NCBI GenBank assembly: GCA_000002445.1
Contig: CM000207.1
Coordinates: forward strand, 864,001 to 928,000
Length of the DNA stretch: 64,000 bases
DNA from: Trypanosoma brucei
Taxonomy: Eukaryota
Direction of reading: 5' to 3'
The position numbers and the translations under genes were made by a program. A model generated the notes under the pieces. The model ran no database searches and was not told the DNA's origin. It saw only the letters and a list, made by a program, of their open reading frames with translations. Shown here in pieces: positions 28,018 to 39,422 of this stretch; the stretch's first letter is position 1, and the number at the start of each line of letters is the position of its first letter.

Positions 28018-28804
28018 GCCTGCTTTCTCCCCATGTTCACTGATTTTTCGCCTCTCTTTTCTTAGAATGTTCCATAGGTGTATAGTTGCCGTGACTTTAT
28101 TCTTTGTTTGTGGTGGTGGTGTGTGTTTGCACATCTCTCCTTCATTTATTCATTGCATCCGTTTCTAGAGGCATGAATTTCTGAACCTAGGGTAAATGGT
28201 GGAATGTGATGGAAGGACAAGGAATAATGCACTTGTGTGTGGGTTTGTGTGGAATAAAAAAAAGAAGCAGATACCACTGAAGCGATATGGGTGGGGAGTA
28301 TTGCTCCCCACAGCTTACCATCTCCTCCCATGCGCTTGATGTTTATTTCCTCATTTTCTTCTTTTTCCTTCGCTGTTTTCACTACCCGTTCTGGTGTCGC
28401 CGCGGGACCGCTTAGCGATGGCAAACCGTGCTTGCTATTAGTTTGTCTGCTTTGCTGCTCGCGCCTTGCTGACCAGTTCGTCGTGGATTGTGTGAAGGTT
28501 CGCTTTCAACCACGCATTAATAGTGACACATACCTATTTTTCTTTATCTGTACCATTCGCTATTATTTTCCTCCTTGCGCCTGGCGGCATCCAATGCATT
28601 GCTGTCTTCTCCCTTTCTCGCCTGGTGGCACATGTTCAATCATCATTTAAAAAAAAACAGTAGGGGGCAACTCTGGCCTCACTGAGCGATTTGGAGGGAG
28701 GAAAGGACGAGGAAAATACCAAAGGCAAAAGAGTGGAAGGTAAATAGCCCGATATATTTGGACTGACATCAGGGGTACAACAGTGTCCGTATCGACGTGC
28801 AAAA

Positions 28805-30070
28805 ATGCGTATCCCGGAAGGCACTGCTAAGATTCTCGCTAAGGTTCCGCTTCCCGATGAGGTGGCCGTCGTGCACCGAAACGCGGCCGTCGTCGACATT
28901 GGTGCTTGCAAAACTCGCATTGGGTTCGCAGGGGATGATATACCACGTGTCAACGAGCCCACGTGCGTTTTGCGTGGGGGAGAGCAGGAGAGCACGTTGT
29001 ACCTGCGAAAGGCATACGACAAGCGGGCGATAGGTGACACCGTCCGCGTTATCGAAGACAAGGAGGTGAATTGGGATGCCATGGAACTGTTACTGCAGCA
29101 TTTGGATGACATACTACACCTAAGCAATAGCGAAGTCCCAACACCTTTGTTGCTAACGGAGAAGATGCTCGTTCCCCGCGCCCACCGTCAACGGTTGGCG
29201 GAGATGCTGTTTGAGAAACATAATCTGTGTTCCGTTTATTTTGCACCGAGTCCCGCCCTCGCGCTCTATGCCTCGGGTGTGTGCAGCGGCGTATCAGTGG
29301 AAATGGGATACGACGCCTGTCACGTGGTGCCTGTGTTTCAGGGTTGTCCCATGTTTCATGCCGTGCATGCATTGGAGTATGGGGGTAAACTGTGCACGCA
29401 GTACATGATGAACACGGGTCAGCCACTTCCGGATGTTGTGCATCCCCGCCACCGGGTGGATGTGTGGGAACATATAAAGGAGAAAAATTGTGAGACATGC
29501 CCCAGCAGTGCCGCCTTCCGCAGGGCGGTAGAGATGGAGGCAAACATGAATAGTAGTAATGAAGAAAACGAGGATTACTCCGGTAGAAACAAAAATGTGG
29601 TTCACCACAAGTTACCGGATGGCACGATCATTTCTCTGGGCTCGAGTCGGTTTGTCCCATCTGAGATGTTGTTTGATCCCTCGCTTGCACCAACCACCGA
29701 GCACGAAAGCAACCACAAGTGGGTAGAACATTTCGAATACTTACACACGTATGCTTTCCCTCAGGGTATTCATAGGCTTCTCGTCGATTCGGTGCGGAAA
29801 TGCGATACCGACCTTCAGGGGTTGCTGTACGGCGCGCTACACCTGTCAGGAGGTTGCTCACTTTTAAGTGGCCTCCCTGAGAGGTTGCGGGATGATGTCG
29901 CATCTATTACGGCTCAGGCTGTGCACGTAGAGGCGCAAACGGAGCGAAGGGACGCAGCGTTTGTCGGAGGTTCCATTTTAGCATCGCTTCCGACATTCCA
30001 AAATTTTTGGGTTACCCGTGCGGAATACAGCGAGTTTGGTGCCGGTGCGGTGCTGCGGCGAGGTTTGTGA
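28805..30070 (+). CDS. divergent actin-like protein (421 aa)
   Basis: …AAVVDIGACKTRIGFAGDDIPRV… (actin phosphate-1 loop), …LLYGALHLSGGCSLLSGLPERL… (phosphate-2), C-terminal …SEFGAGAVLRR. Much more divergent than Arp3 at 19018. Confidence 0.75.
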   Translation: MRIPEGTAKILAKVPLPDEVAVVHRNAAVVDIGACKTRIGFAGDDIPRVNEPTCVLRGGEQESTLYLRKAYDKRAIGDTVRVIEDKEVNWDAMELLLQHLDDILHLSNSEVPTPLLLTEKMLVPRAHRQRLAEMLFEKHNLCSVYFAPSPALALYASGVCSGVSVEMGYDACHVVPVFQGCPMFHAVHALEYGGKLCTQYMMNTGQPLPDVVHPRHRVDVWEHIKEKNCETCPSSAAFRRAVEMEANMNSSNEENEDYSGRNKNVVHHKLPDGTIISLGSSRFVPSEMLFDPSLAPTTEHESNHKWVEHFEYLHTYAFPQGIHRLLVDSVRKCDTDLQGLLYGALHLSGGCSLLSGLPERLRDDVASITAQAVHVEAQTERRDAAFVGGSILASLPTFQNFWVTRAEYSEFGAGAVLRRGL

Positions 30071-30497
30071 GGCATGATTCCACAGGAGGGTTGAGTGAAG
30101 TGATGTGTAGAGTGAAAGCATGAACGATATGTGCTGCTTGATCACATGTTCATGGATGTGCACGTATTGGGTTTGTGCATCGCGACATATAGATGTATGT
30201 ATATATATATAAACATGTTTGCATGTGGTACAGCCACTAGAGTCATTACAGTACAACCTGTTTGACGCCTTATGTGTTGCACATCCTGCGCTTCATCTCA
30301 TGGTAGTGTTTTGACACGGTGGCAATCATCGGCTTCTTTTTAATTTTTATTTTGACTCCTTTGGGTTTGTGAAACATTCTGCTTCTATTCAGGGTTGGAA
30401 AAGTTGTAGGACACAATATTTTTTCTTTGGCCATAGGAATTTGAGCAACTTGGCGCCTTTTCCCCTGTTGCCGGAACTATTTTGCATTGCTTTGTAA

Positions 30498-33494
30498 ATG
30501 GACTCACCTGAAGCATGCCGGGTGCAACGATTCCGGCGCACATCTTCCTCCCGGGACAGTTTTAACATTCCCACCTACGTACGTACTGTGCCCTCTGCCC
30601 TTGTAGAGGCTCTCACCGCCCCGCGGGAGAAGTTCGAGCGCTACCACAAATCCTCCCTTACTGATGGAAGTAAAGGACCCCGAGAAACGTCTCAGAAAGT
30701 CAACCAAGGCACACAGACAAACCCCATTGCGTCTGATTCGAAGGCCGCGCAGTTTAGTGGTTCGATTTCGGATTGTGAAGCAGTTGCCCCTTTAGGTAGC
30801 AAAGCGGTGACCGCACCCCCACGTGACGCCACGACGCCGGAGGGAGAGGAACTGCCAATGCGAACAACGGAGTCCAGTGCTAAACCTTCAACAAACATCA
30901 CTGAAGAGCGAAGTGAAGTAGAAGAGGCTAAAACTAATGACAACATCCCGAGATGTATTCCGTATGACCCAGAGGGCACGGTGCTCGCCATGCAGCGACT
31001 CCGGGATGTCAAACACCGTTGCCCTGCAAAAATTGCGAACTGCCTACAGAAGATCAACAAAGAAATCGCAGAGAAACTGACCAACGCAGGGGAAGCATTG
31101 TCTGCCTCTCCCTCCACGTCTTTATCATCGGTTACTGTCGCCGGACCTGACGGACGCCAACGAACTGGACCCCCCGCACCTCTCGCTGCGCTTCCTGAGC
31201 CGTGGGAGGATCGTTTGGATGCTCCCATCGCGGTGTCCAATACGTTAGGAAGAAAGCGCGGTCTCTTTGGTGACGTAGAGCGGAAGGAACTTCACCATCA
31301 CGTGATTTCTATCCTCAATCGCGTGGCCGGAGACGCGACTAAGTATCGTGAGGTGAAGAATGAATTGTTACGGCTGCCAATACCCGAGGCAAGCGATGAA
31401 ATGCTGAAGAACATTGTTAATGTCTTCTTCATGAAGGCTGTAAGAGAGCAGCATTTCGCGAACCTCTACGCCGACCTTGTAGTGGAGTTGTGCAAGGTAC
31501 CAGAGGGTCAACGGATTGTAGGCAACAAGTCGCAGAGCCTTGAATTTCGTATGCGACAGCAGCTCCTTTCTCGATGCCAGGAAGAGTTTCAGCGCTTAGA
31601 GGAGAAAAACATAGAGACTGCTAACCAAGGTGGAGAGGACCGCAATACACAGAGTGCGGATGAGAGCTTTAAGGAGCGTAGGGACCGTGCATGCGGTATT
31701 GTGGCGTTCGTTGGCCAGCTTTTCTTGCGTCACATTGTTACGGAGAAGGTAATCATGCAAATTTTAACCACAACAACTGCGGGACACTATGGAAGAGAAG
31801 GACTCGTTATGCCGCCCCCATACACACCATCGGAGGGACAGATGGATGAGTTAGTTAAACTTCTAGGTATTGTCGACTCGGCGTTCTTTGCCACGCCCCT
31901 TGGTTCTTCTATGCTAGTAGTGTTTACCGATATCATGGTGCATTGGTCGCAGCATCACCCTGTACTGCGTATTAGACTGCTCCTGCTTTCCGTTGTTGAA
32001 CGGCTCCAAAAAAAAATAGGCGAGCAAAACGCTGCGGCGCAACAGCAGCGCCAACAACAACAACAACAACCGCCGGGTCAGACACGCCAGTCTGCGTTTG
32101 AGGGCAAACGCCCACCAAATTCTGTTGGCGATTCGCAGCGACCTGTTAGTCCCTCCAGTGGAGGTAACTCCCCGCTTAGTGTTTCGGGTGTTCCGGCAGC
32201 GGTTTCAGTAGCTGGCGTGGAGGTCGCGGCAAGGCCAATCCAACCACCCCCTGCTGCCCGCAATAGTTTAATCCCCGCCCCGCGCAGTGCGGCGTCGCGC
32301 CAGAGTAGCATTGTGGTTACGACCCCGCTTACTTCTACCGTGAGTACCTCCTTCGCAGTTAAGCAAGTGGCTACAACGGAAACTGTGGCAACTTACATGC
32401 ATAACGTTACGCGGTGTGACTGCACCGTTGATATGGTCGTTGACGAAATCGCCAACGCATTTGAGAACGTCATAAGTGTTGTTGTTGTGTGGACGGAGCG
32501 CTGTCTGACGGTTGTGAAGACGGCAAAGCAACGAGTTCTGTTTGGCCCTTTTCTTTGTTCCGTAGAGCGGCAGTGCGGGGGAACGTTGAAAGAGAAACTC
32601 CGCCAGGTGGCCATGGATGCTTTTCGTAATGCTGTTCGGCAGAAGCTGTACGAGGATTTAGCAATCTTCAAGTATTGGACAGAGATGATCTGCAGTGATA
32701 CAGCGCGAGAGGTGCTGGACGAAACCCTACTAAATGAGGGTCTAGACTGTGTAATGTCATTTGATCGATCGGCCGTGAGGATATATTTGCGCGACGTAGC
32801 CATGCAATTGCAGCAGCGGTCATCTGGCCCACAGCGCGAACCAAGCCTCGAGAAGAATGATTTCATTCGATATCGTCCATTGCAGGTTATTCACGCAAAT
32901 ACCGCGGAGTCTGGAGTTGAGCCAATACTGGCCTTAATTGACTATCCTGATGTGCGAAAACAATCCATCGAGATTGACTTATATTGCACAATAGTGACTG
33001 ACAATCCACCCAAGAATGTCCTATTTGACTCCTTGGCGAGTTCTCCGTGTTTGGAGTCTCCATTAGCTGCTGCAGAGGTTTTCAGTGCCCTGTTGCATGC
33101 GTGGCTTAAGAGTGGCTTCGCGAATTCCATTCAAGATCATGTTGACATATGTTTACTTGCCGTCAACAACCGAGATCGGGCTACGCGTGAGATCCTTTTG
33201 CTGATGGAACTCTATTCTGTGCTGAAGAATGTTGTTCCACCTTCGACGAGGTCGATTGAAATGGGAGAGATTGCGTTGAAGGTGTTGAAAAAAGGACTTG
33301 TCACGGAGGAAACGAGGGTGCGCGCTTACAACTATTTGGAGCCACTAGAAAGAAATCCGCATCACTTTATTGGTATACCACCCGGTTCTATCGCACGTTC
33401 CGAATTTGAAAGCAGCAAGCCGGTTATCAGCACACTTAAGGAGAGGAAATCTCACTCAGGCAATGGTTCTTCGGGCGCTGTGAGGCGGGTTTAG
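30498..33494 (+). CDS. MIF4G-domain protein, eIF4G-like (998 aa)
   Basis: …ISILNRVAGDATKYREVKNELLRLPIPEASDEMLKNIVNVFFMKAVREQHFANLYADLVVELCKVPEG…ACGIVAFVGQLFLRHIVTEKVIMQIL… is a typical MIF4G HEAT-repeat core. The flanks are low-complexity, including a Q-run QQQRQQQQQQ. Confidence 0.75.
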   Translation: MDSPEACRVQRFRRTSSSRDSFNIPTYVRTVPSALVEALTAPREKFERYHKSSLTDGSKGPRETSQKVNQGTQTNPIASDSKAAQFSGSISDCEAVAPLGSKAVTAPPRDATTPEGEELPMRTTESSAKPSTNITEERSEVEEAKTNDNIPRCIPYDPEGTVLAMQRLRDVKHRCPAKIANCLQKINKEIAEKLTNAGEALSASPSTSLSSVTVAGPDGRQRTGPPAPLAALPEPWEDRLDAPIAVSNTLGRKRGLFGDVERKELHHHVISILNRVAGDATKYREVKNELLRLPIPEASDEMLKNIVNVFFMKAVREQHFANLYADLVVELCKVPEGQRIVGNKSQSLEFRMRQQLLSRCQEEFQRLEEKNIETANQGGEDRNTQSADESFKERRDRACGIVAFVGQLFLRHIVTEKVIMQILTTTTAGHYGREGLVMPPPYTPSEGQMDELVKLLGIVDSAFFATPLGSSMLVVFTDIMVHWSQHHPVLRIRLLLLSVVERLQKKIGEQNAAAQQQRQQQQQQPPGQTRQSAFEGKRPPNSVGDSQRPVSPSSGGNSPLSVSGVPAAVSVAGVEVAARPIQPPPAARNSLIPAPRSAASRQSSIVVTTPLTSTVSTSFAVKQVATTETVATYMHNVTRCDCTVDMVVDEIANAFENVISVVVVWTERCLTVVKTAKQRVLFGPFLCSVERQCGGTLKEKLRQVAMDAFRNAVRQKLYEDLAIFKYWTEMICSDTAREVLDETLLNEGLDCVMSFDRSAVRIYLRDVAMQLQQRSSGPQREPSLEKNDFIRYRPLQVIHANTAESGVEPILALIDYPDVRKQSIEIDLYCTIVTDNPPKNVLFDSLASSPCLESPLAAAEVFSALLHAWLKSGFANSIQDHVDICLLAVNNRDRATREILLLMELYSVLKNVVPPSTRSIEMGEIALKVLKKGLVTEETRVRAYNYLEPLERNPHHFIGIPPGSIARSEFESSKPVISTLKERKSHSGNGSSGAVRRV

Positions 33495-33852
33495 GCGTTG
33501 GGACGTTAGACAGTCTAATGGCACTGTTTGTATGATTTGTTTGTATTTGTTTGTGAAGGAATAAGGTGATAAAAAGAGAGGAAAAAGAAAGAGCCACACG
33601 GAGACGCTTTTGTCTTCTCTTCTCTTGCCTTTGCTTTTTTTTTTTAAGGTAGAGAAATGGTTGTGCTGCAGAGAAGGAGATAAAGGGACGGAAGAATTGG
33701 AGATATGGGATAAAAGAAGAAACACACGCAAAAAAGGAATGAGGAAGGGGGGGGGAGGAGAGGGGGTTAACAGGTTACTCGTTATAATAACGTACCGCTT
33801 GGTTTCTTTTGGGGAAGCACATGCCATAATTTCTCTCTCACTTTTTTTTTCG

Positions 33853-33890
<38 letters not shown>
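33853..33890. repeat. TA-rich microsatellite (ta)n with one interruption
   Basis: tatatatataaatatatatatatatatatatatatata. Confidence 0.9.
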
Positions 33891-35163
33891 ACTTGTGTGT
33901 CTTTTCGTCGTTAGTTGCGTATCGGGGTGCATGTAGGGGAAGTGCAGATGTGGAGTGCCACTCTTTTTTGCCGCTCGCGATACGTGGCGTTAGACTGAAA
34001 GTGATATGTTTTGCGGCATCTCTGTGTACGCTTACTCATCTGCGCTTGAAACTGCATAATACCACGAGTGACGAAAAGAGAGAGAGACGGATAAAAGGAA
34101 TGAATGAATGAAAAAAAACACTGAAAATACCAATAGAAGAGGAGAGGTTGAAGAGATTTTGTCATGTTATCTTTGTTGCGTATTAGTGGCTGCTTATTTC
34201 CTTTGTGGTGGCAACAGGTTTCATTTTTTTCCTTTTTTTTTTTCATTTCATCACTTACCGTTTTTTATTTATTTTAATTTGTTAACGGTCTGTCGCTGCT
34301 GCGTGTTTTCGATAGCTATGAGTTGTTACTGATCCTCCTTCCACCTCCAGAAAAAGGAACAAAATAAGGTAAACAAAACGACCACCGGAGGGGAATTGGG
34401 AAGTAAAAGCAGAGAAAAGAGAAAATAAATCTAGGGGCTGATTGATGGAGTGTTCGAGAGGTTTCGTGGCGGAATAAATTAACGTGAACCAACAACTTCA
34501 TCGTGAAAAGCAAAGCAAAAGGGAGAAGGCAAAACAAAACAGAATGGGGAAAAGAAGGGCAAAACTTTTTTATTTGTATACATTTGCGCTTGTGTTTGTG
34601 TCTGTTTGAGGGTGCGTACAAGAGGAAAATGATATTAATAATATTTAAAATCTTAACGGAGGGGCCGACGTGACGGCAGAGTTCTCCCAGGGGACAAACG
34701 TAAGCTCACACACACGCACATCAAATACACATACACATACATATGCATGGCGGGGGAAGAAAGCAAAAACAACAGCAAATAAACACATAAATTAGAAGGA
34801 GAGATTTTATTCAAAGGAAAATATGATGGAAATGGACGCAGTCCTTCCACCGCAGGAGGAGGAACTTCAAGTCTTGTTTTTCTTTTTATTCTTTCTGTTC
34901 TGTTTGTCGGCCCCGTTTCCGCGTTATTTTTGTTTGTTATTTTTGCGTTTTTTTTTTGTGAACCAACAACGAAAGACTCTGAAATGTATTTTTGGAGCCA
35001 TTTTACCGTTGTCGCATTACGTGTGTGTTCTTTTTTTTTAAAAAAATGATTAGCTTACCCGAATGTCGACTTTCCTTTGCTTGTTCAGCCCTTTTGCCTT
35101 CCGTTTCCTTCAACAAAAAGAGAGGAAGAAAAGTTAAACTGTTTCTTGTTTACTGTGTTGACG

Positions 35164-35182
35164 TATATATATATATATATAT
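35164..35182. repeat. (TA)n microsatellite
   Basis: tatatatatatatatatat. Confidence 0.9.
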
Positions 35183-35576
35183 TTGCCCTCTTTTCGTTAG
35201 TCCCTTCTTTTTTTCCTTTTATTGTCTTTCTGTCTCTTTGCGCCCATTTTTTTTTTTTAATTCTGCTGCTGTTAGTTTCCCCCTTTCCTTTCCCTTAACT
35301 TTTCTTTTATCTTCATTCCTCACTCTCCGCTGTGTCTGTGGGATGTGTTGCGAATTGAGTAGATGGAGAGGGTGCGATCAAAATGTATGTGTCTGTGCGT
35401 ATATGGAGATGTTGTGGTAAACCGTAGTTTTGAGGTAACTGTTATCACAAGCGTTGTTAATTTTGCCGGGGCATTGTAACAATCACGATGAGTGATTTCC
35501 ATCGTTTGATTGGATGAATCTATATGTGCGTCATTACGAACCCTCCCCTTTTCGCTTCTTCTAAAATATCTGAAAA

Positions 35577-35596
35577 TATATATATATATATATATA
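35577..35596. repeat. (TA)n microsatellite
   Basis: tatatatatatatatatata. Confidence 0.9.
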
Positions 35597-36152
35597 CATA
35601 AATGTTTATTCATACGCGAACGTGCGCGTCTTTGTTTGCTTTATCAGGGTCACGCCCTCGGTATCCTGTGCTATCTTTTTTTCTCATGTTGTGAACCAGA
35701 CGGTGAAGGTTAATTGCGTTTCTTTCCTCACTTTTTCCTATTGCATTTCAATGGGTCGCGTAGTAGTGTCAACCGGGCATTTACATATTTAAGTACACAT
35801 ATCTACGTAGGCCTGACTCTTTCTTTCTTTGGAGAGTTCGCGCTACTGCAAAGATACAGTTGCGGGACCGCTGCCGGTTTTAGCTGCTTTTACCGTCAAA
35901 GCTTGTCCTAATTGTCACAGCTTCCCTCGTAAGTGGATCGAGCTTTGTGTACGTGAACTTAAGATTCTTCGGAACATTCTCTCACAAAGTAGTTCACAGG
36001 TTAGGAGGGAAGAAAAGGGGTTTTGAATTGGCGCTGCAACGGCGTAGTGACTCGTAGCGCTGCACGACCACTTGTAGCTTGCAAGCTGCACTTTTACTTT
36101 TATTATTATTATTATTATTTAAATACGCTCCTTTTGCCGTCTAAGGTACTAA

Positions 36153-38177
36153 ATGAGTGGATCGTTGAACGTGGAGCAGGGGCCGCGTGAAGCGTCACCG
36201 GGATCGGCGACACTGTTGGATTCACCGGCGGCAACAGGAATGAGTACCCGCCACGCAGAGCAAGTGGTTCAGAGTATCAAAGTCTTGTATGAGCTTCATA
36301 AAAGCGGTGCCCTTTCACTCGAGGAATTCAACGCAGCAAAACAGCAAATCCTGTTTCCACCTCATTCGTTACTATCGGTGTCGGGACGGTCAAGTGAGGT
36401 AGGGCATGCAGAATACGTGAGAAGTAGGCACATCAAAAAAAGGGAAAACCGCGGTAGCAAACGCGGTTCAAGTCACTGGAGCAGCACGAGCAGCAGCAGT
36501 AGCAGTATCAGCACAGTTAGTAACTTTATGGTCGCACCCCGCCCGAGAGTGTGGTTGCCCCTCGTTGATGAAGGATCTGGCGATGGTGTAAATCATGACG
36601 CCGTAATGAAAGAGGAGTTAGATGAGGGATTCCTCTCTGGACCCGTGGATAAGGCGGGATACTACTCGCTTCGGTCAAGAACTCTATCCCAGGACCGGGG
36701 AAGACCCTGTGCGCCGCCGAGCAGCAACGGCCATGGGAGTAACCTGAAGCGTTATGGTACATTTAGGTCCCCATGGCCCGTCGTGATTGGTGACACCAGC
36801 ATCCCCAAAGAATCTGTTCGGGCACCGATGCTCCCCGTCAATCAAGTGTTTGTGGAATACTTCAACTGCCGCGGCGAGCGGGGTCAAACGTTTAGCAGCG
36901 TGGAACTCAAGGAACATCAGTTGCGTCCACCCCTCTTTCTTCATAAGCGGTTTGCTACAGGGCAGCGTGAGAGGGTACCGGAGGCGCTAAGTACTTTGGC
37001 CCATACGCAGGAACTGGTTCCGTCTGAGTCTGCAGTTTTGCATGAAGAATATCCAGCAGCAGAACCGCCGGATGCCCCTTCCGTATCGGGGAACTCCAGT
37101 TTAGAGTTGTGCCTTAACTGGTATTGGGTAGATATGGTGGGTCGTGACCCCTCGGAGGTAATGTACAAAAATGCTCTCCGTCATTTGACGAAGCAGTTTG
37201 ATATTGCAGAATCTTTTCTACTGGACCGCGAACACCCTCTGGTGTTACCGCAGATTTGCAGTTCCCCTGAGGATCCCTCGCAGTTCCTAATTTGCCTCCG
37301 TGTTGCCACAGCTAAAATTGCGCTCGATGATGACAGTGTAAAGGAACTTACGAACCGCTGGATTCTCGTAGTAGATCTGAAGCGAAAGGTTGTCATCACC
37401 ATCCACCGCATGGATAGTTCGTATATTGCCAACATGCGCTATCACTGGAAATCATTGATGGAGCGAAGTGACATATCATTCGAAGAGTTTCTTGTGAGGA
37501 TCATGCATGACGCGGTCTGTACATACACCAGCCATCTAATTGCCCACTCCGATATTCTCGAGAAATGCGAGGCAAAGCTCTTTGTTTCCAGTCGCAGGGG
37601 GACAAATAATGTTCCGGGTACCGAGTACAGCGCTAGCAAGCAGCATGCTGAAGGGAGGATCTTCTCACTTTTTGTCGATGGTTCCTCATCACCGTTTCTC
37701 TTGAAGTTGATGGATACAAAAAATAAAGAGCCGATGGATAAGGGGCTCATGAACATTTTCCTTTATCATTTACATCGTCGTGCGAGTGTTCACCACCGTG
37801 TACTTAATATGACGAGGGTAGTGCTTTCCGAGAGCTTCACAAAACTTGGACTTTGCAGCAAGGAATATGCGGATGAGATGTGTGTACACTGCATAGAGCT
37901 GATCGACCGCGCGCTAGAAATTTGCGATGATGCCAAAACTCTCCTCGACATGCATATTTCTTTGCAATCGTTTCGAACGAACGAACTAATGGCGCTTCTA
38001 ACGAAATTTTCGGCCTTCTTCACACCTAGTTCTTTCCTTGCCGCAGTGTATGGTATGAATTTTCCCCACATACCTGAGTTGCAATGGGCATGGGGCTATC
38101 CATGCTATTGGTTGGCATGTATTGTGGCTTGTGTCCTCATATATCTTTACATGTACCGACGAGGACTTCTGGAGTAG
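36153..38177 (+). CDS. CorA/Mrs2-family Mg2+ transporter-like protein (674 aa) with long N-terminal extension
   Basis: C-terminal …AVYGMNFPHIPELQWAWGYPCYWLACIVACVLIYLYMYRRGLLE carries the GMN signature and two terminal TM helices. N-terminal …VVQSIKVLYELHKSGALSLEEFNAAKQQIL is SHOCT-like. Confidence 0.85.
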   Translation: MSGSLNVEQGPREASPGSATLLDSPAATGMSTRHAEQVVQSIKVLYELHKSGALSLEEFNAAKQQILFPPHSLLSVSGRSSEVGHAEYVRSRHIKKRENRGSKRGSSHWSSTSSSSSSISTVSNFMVAPRPRVWLPLVDEGSGDGVNHDAVMKEELDEGFLSGPVDKAGYYSLRSRTLSQDRGRPCAPPSSNGHGSNLKRYGTFRSPWPVVIGDTSIPKESVRAPMLPVNQVFVEYFNCRGERGQTFSSVELKEHQLRPPLFLHKRFATGQRERVPEALSTLAHTQELVPSESAVLHEEYPAAEPPDAPSVSGNSSLELCLNWYWVDMVGRDPSEVMYKNALRHLTKQFDIAESFLLDREHPLVLPQICSSPEDPSQFLICLRVATAKIALDDDSVKELTNRWILVVDLKRKVVITIHRMDSSYIANMRYHWKSLMERSDISFEEFLVRIMHDAVCTYTSHLIAHSDILEKCEAKLFVSSRRGTNNVPGTEYSASKQHAEGRIFSLFVDGSSSPFLLKLMDTKNKEPMDKGLMNIFLYHLHRRASVHHRVLNMTRVVLSESFTKLGLCSKEYADEMCVHCIELIDRALEICDDAKTLLDMHISLQSFRTNELMALLTKFSAFFTPSSFLAAVYGMNFPHIPELQWAWGYPCYWLACIVACVLIYLYMYRRGLLE

Positions 38178-38523
38178 ATACCATGATTCTGTTGCCCGCG
38201 TCGACACCAAAAGAAAAGAAAAGAGAGAAAGAAAGAAAAAAAAAAGAAGATCCAACTTGAAGGAGGCGATACCTCATTTCTTCTTTCACTCTTTTACCGT
38301 TTATGATTTTTTTTTGTTACTTTTGGGAATCATGTAATTTCGCATTACGTGTTGTTGTTTTTTTTTTAAATAAAAAAAAAGGGGGGTTCGTTCCACAGTG
38401 TGTGTTTGTGTGTGGATGGGCAGGAACGAAGTTTTTTAATTAAAAAAAAAGCATATTTGTGTGCATCTGCGTGGCTGCTCGCATCTGTGCTTATGTTTGG
38501 TCGCAATACCGATAGCAGCACGA

Positions 38524-38525
<2 letters not shown>

Positions 38526-38557
<32 letters not shown>
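38526..38557. repeat. (AT)16 microsatellite
   Basis: atatatatatatatatatatatatatatatat. Confidence 0.95.
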
Positions 38558-38560
<3 letters not shown>

Positions 38561-39422
38561 GAGGGCTGATGAGGAAGTTTGACGCCAAGTCATATGTGTG
38601 AAGTCCGTTATACTTTGATTTGTTTCACATATTCCTCTCCCTTCAATCTCTTCGTAAGCGTTAATGCGCCTTCTTTGTTCATACTGCTGCTTACCACGTG
38701 GTCCCGAAATGTCACCGCTACCCTTATCACCATTCGAACTACCGTGTTCAGCAAAACTAAAACTAAGTGGTCGAATGAACATAACTTTCTTCTGTTGTCT
38801 TTTCTCCTTTACCTTCTCTGTGTCATATCAATAAATATATATATCTCCTGTTCTTGTTTTTATTAGTGACCGTCCCCCACTGCTAGTGTCAGTTGTATAC
38901 ATATATAATCATATATATATACATATACATATACTTAGGTTCGTTAGTTATATTTTACCTTAATTGCGGTTGTGGTTGTTCCAAACATTTTGTTTCTATT
39001 TGGAGGCAAAGAAAACACAAATACGCACACGAGCACCCAAATATATTACATAGAAGGGGAAAGACGTTGACAGCGAAGAAGAGAGGGAGTGTGTAAAATA
39101 TATAGTGGAGAGAGGGTGGTAACAAAAAAAATTGGTAAAGAAATTCGCGTCTGTTTCTTTTTTTTTTTGCAAGGGAGACCGTCGAAAGGAAGATAAGGAT
39201 TTTTTTTTGTGTGTGAGTGTGTTGTTGGTGTGCGTGAAGCTGAGGAAGGTAAAAAAAAAAAGTTCGTACCGTGTTACCGTAATTGCTTTACTTTTTTTTT
39301 TGTTTCTTTTCGCGATTTTTGTCAGTAAGTTTGTTGTTGCATATACGTATATACTTGTATAACGTAACCTCGCGCCTGTATATTACCTACAAGTGCACGT
39401 GCGTTGAACTTAACACAGTGCC

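Noticed and set aside
30692-31240. 182-aa minus-strand ORF
   Set aside because: Antisense shadow of the S/T/A-rich N-terminal region of the MIF4G gene. Ala/Gly/Ser-rich translation typical of GC-rich antisense frames.
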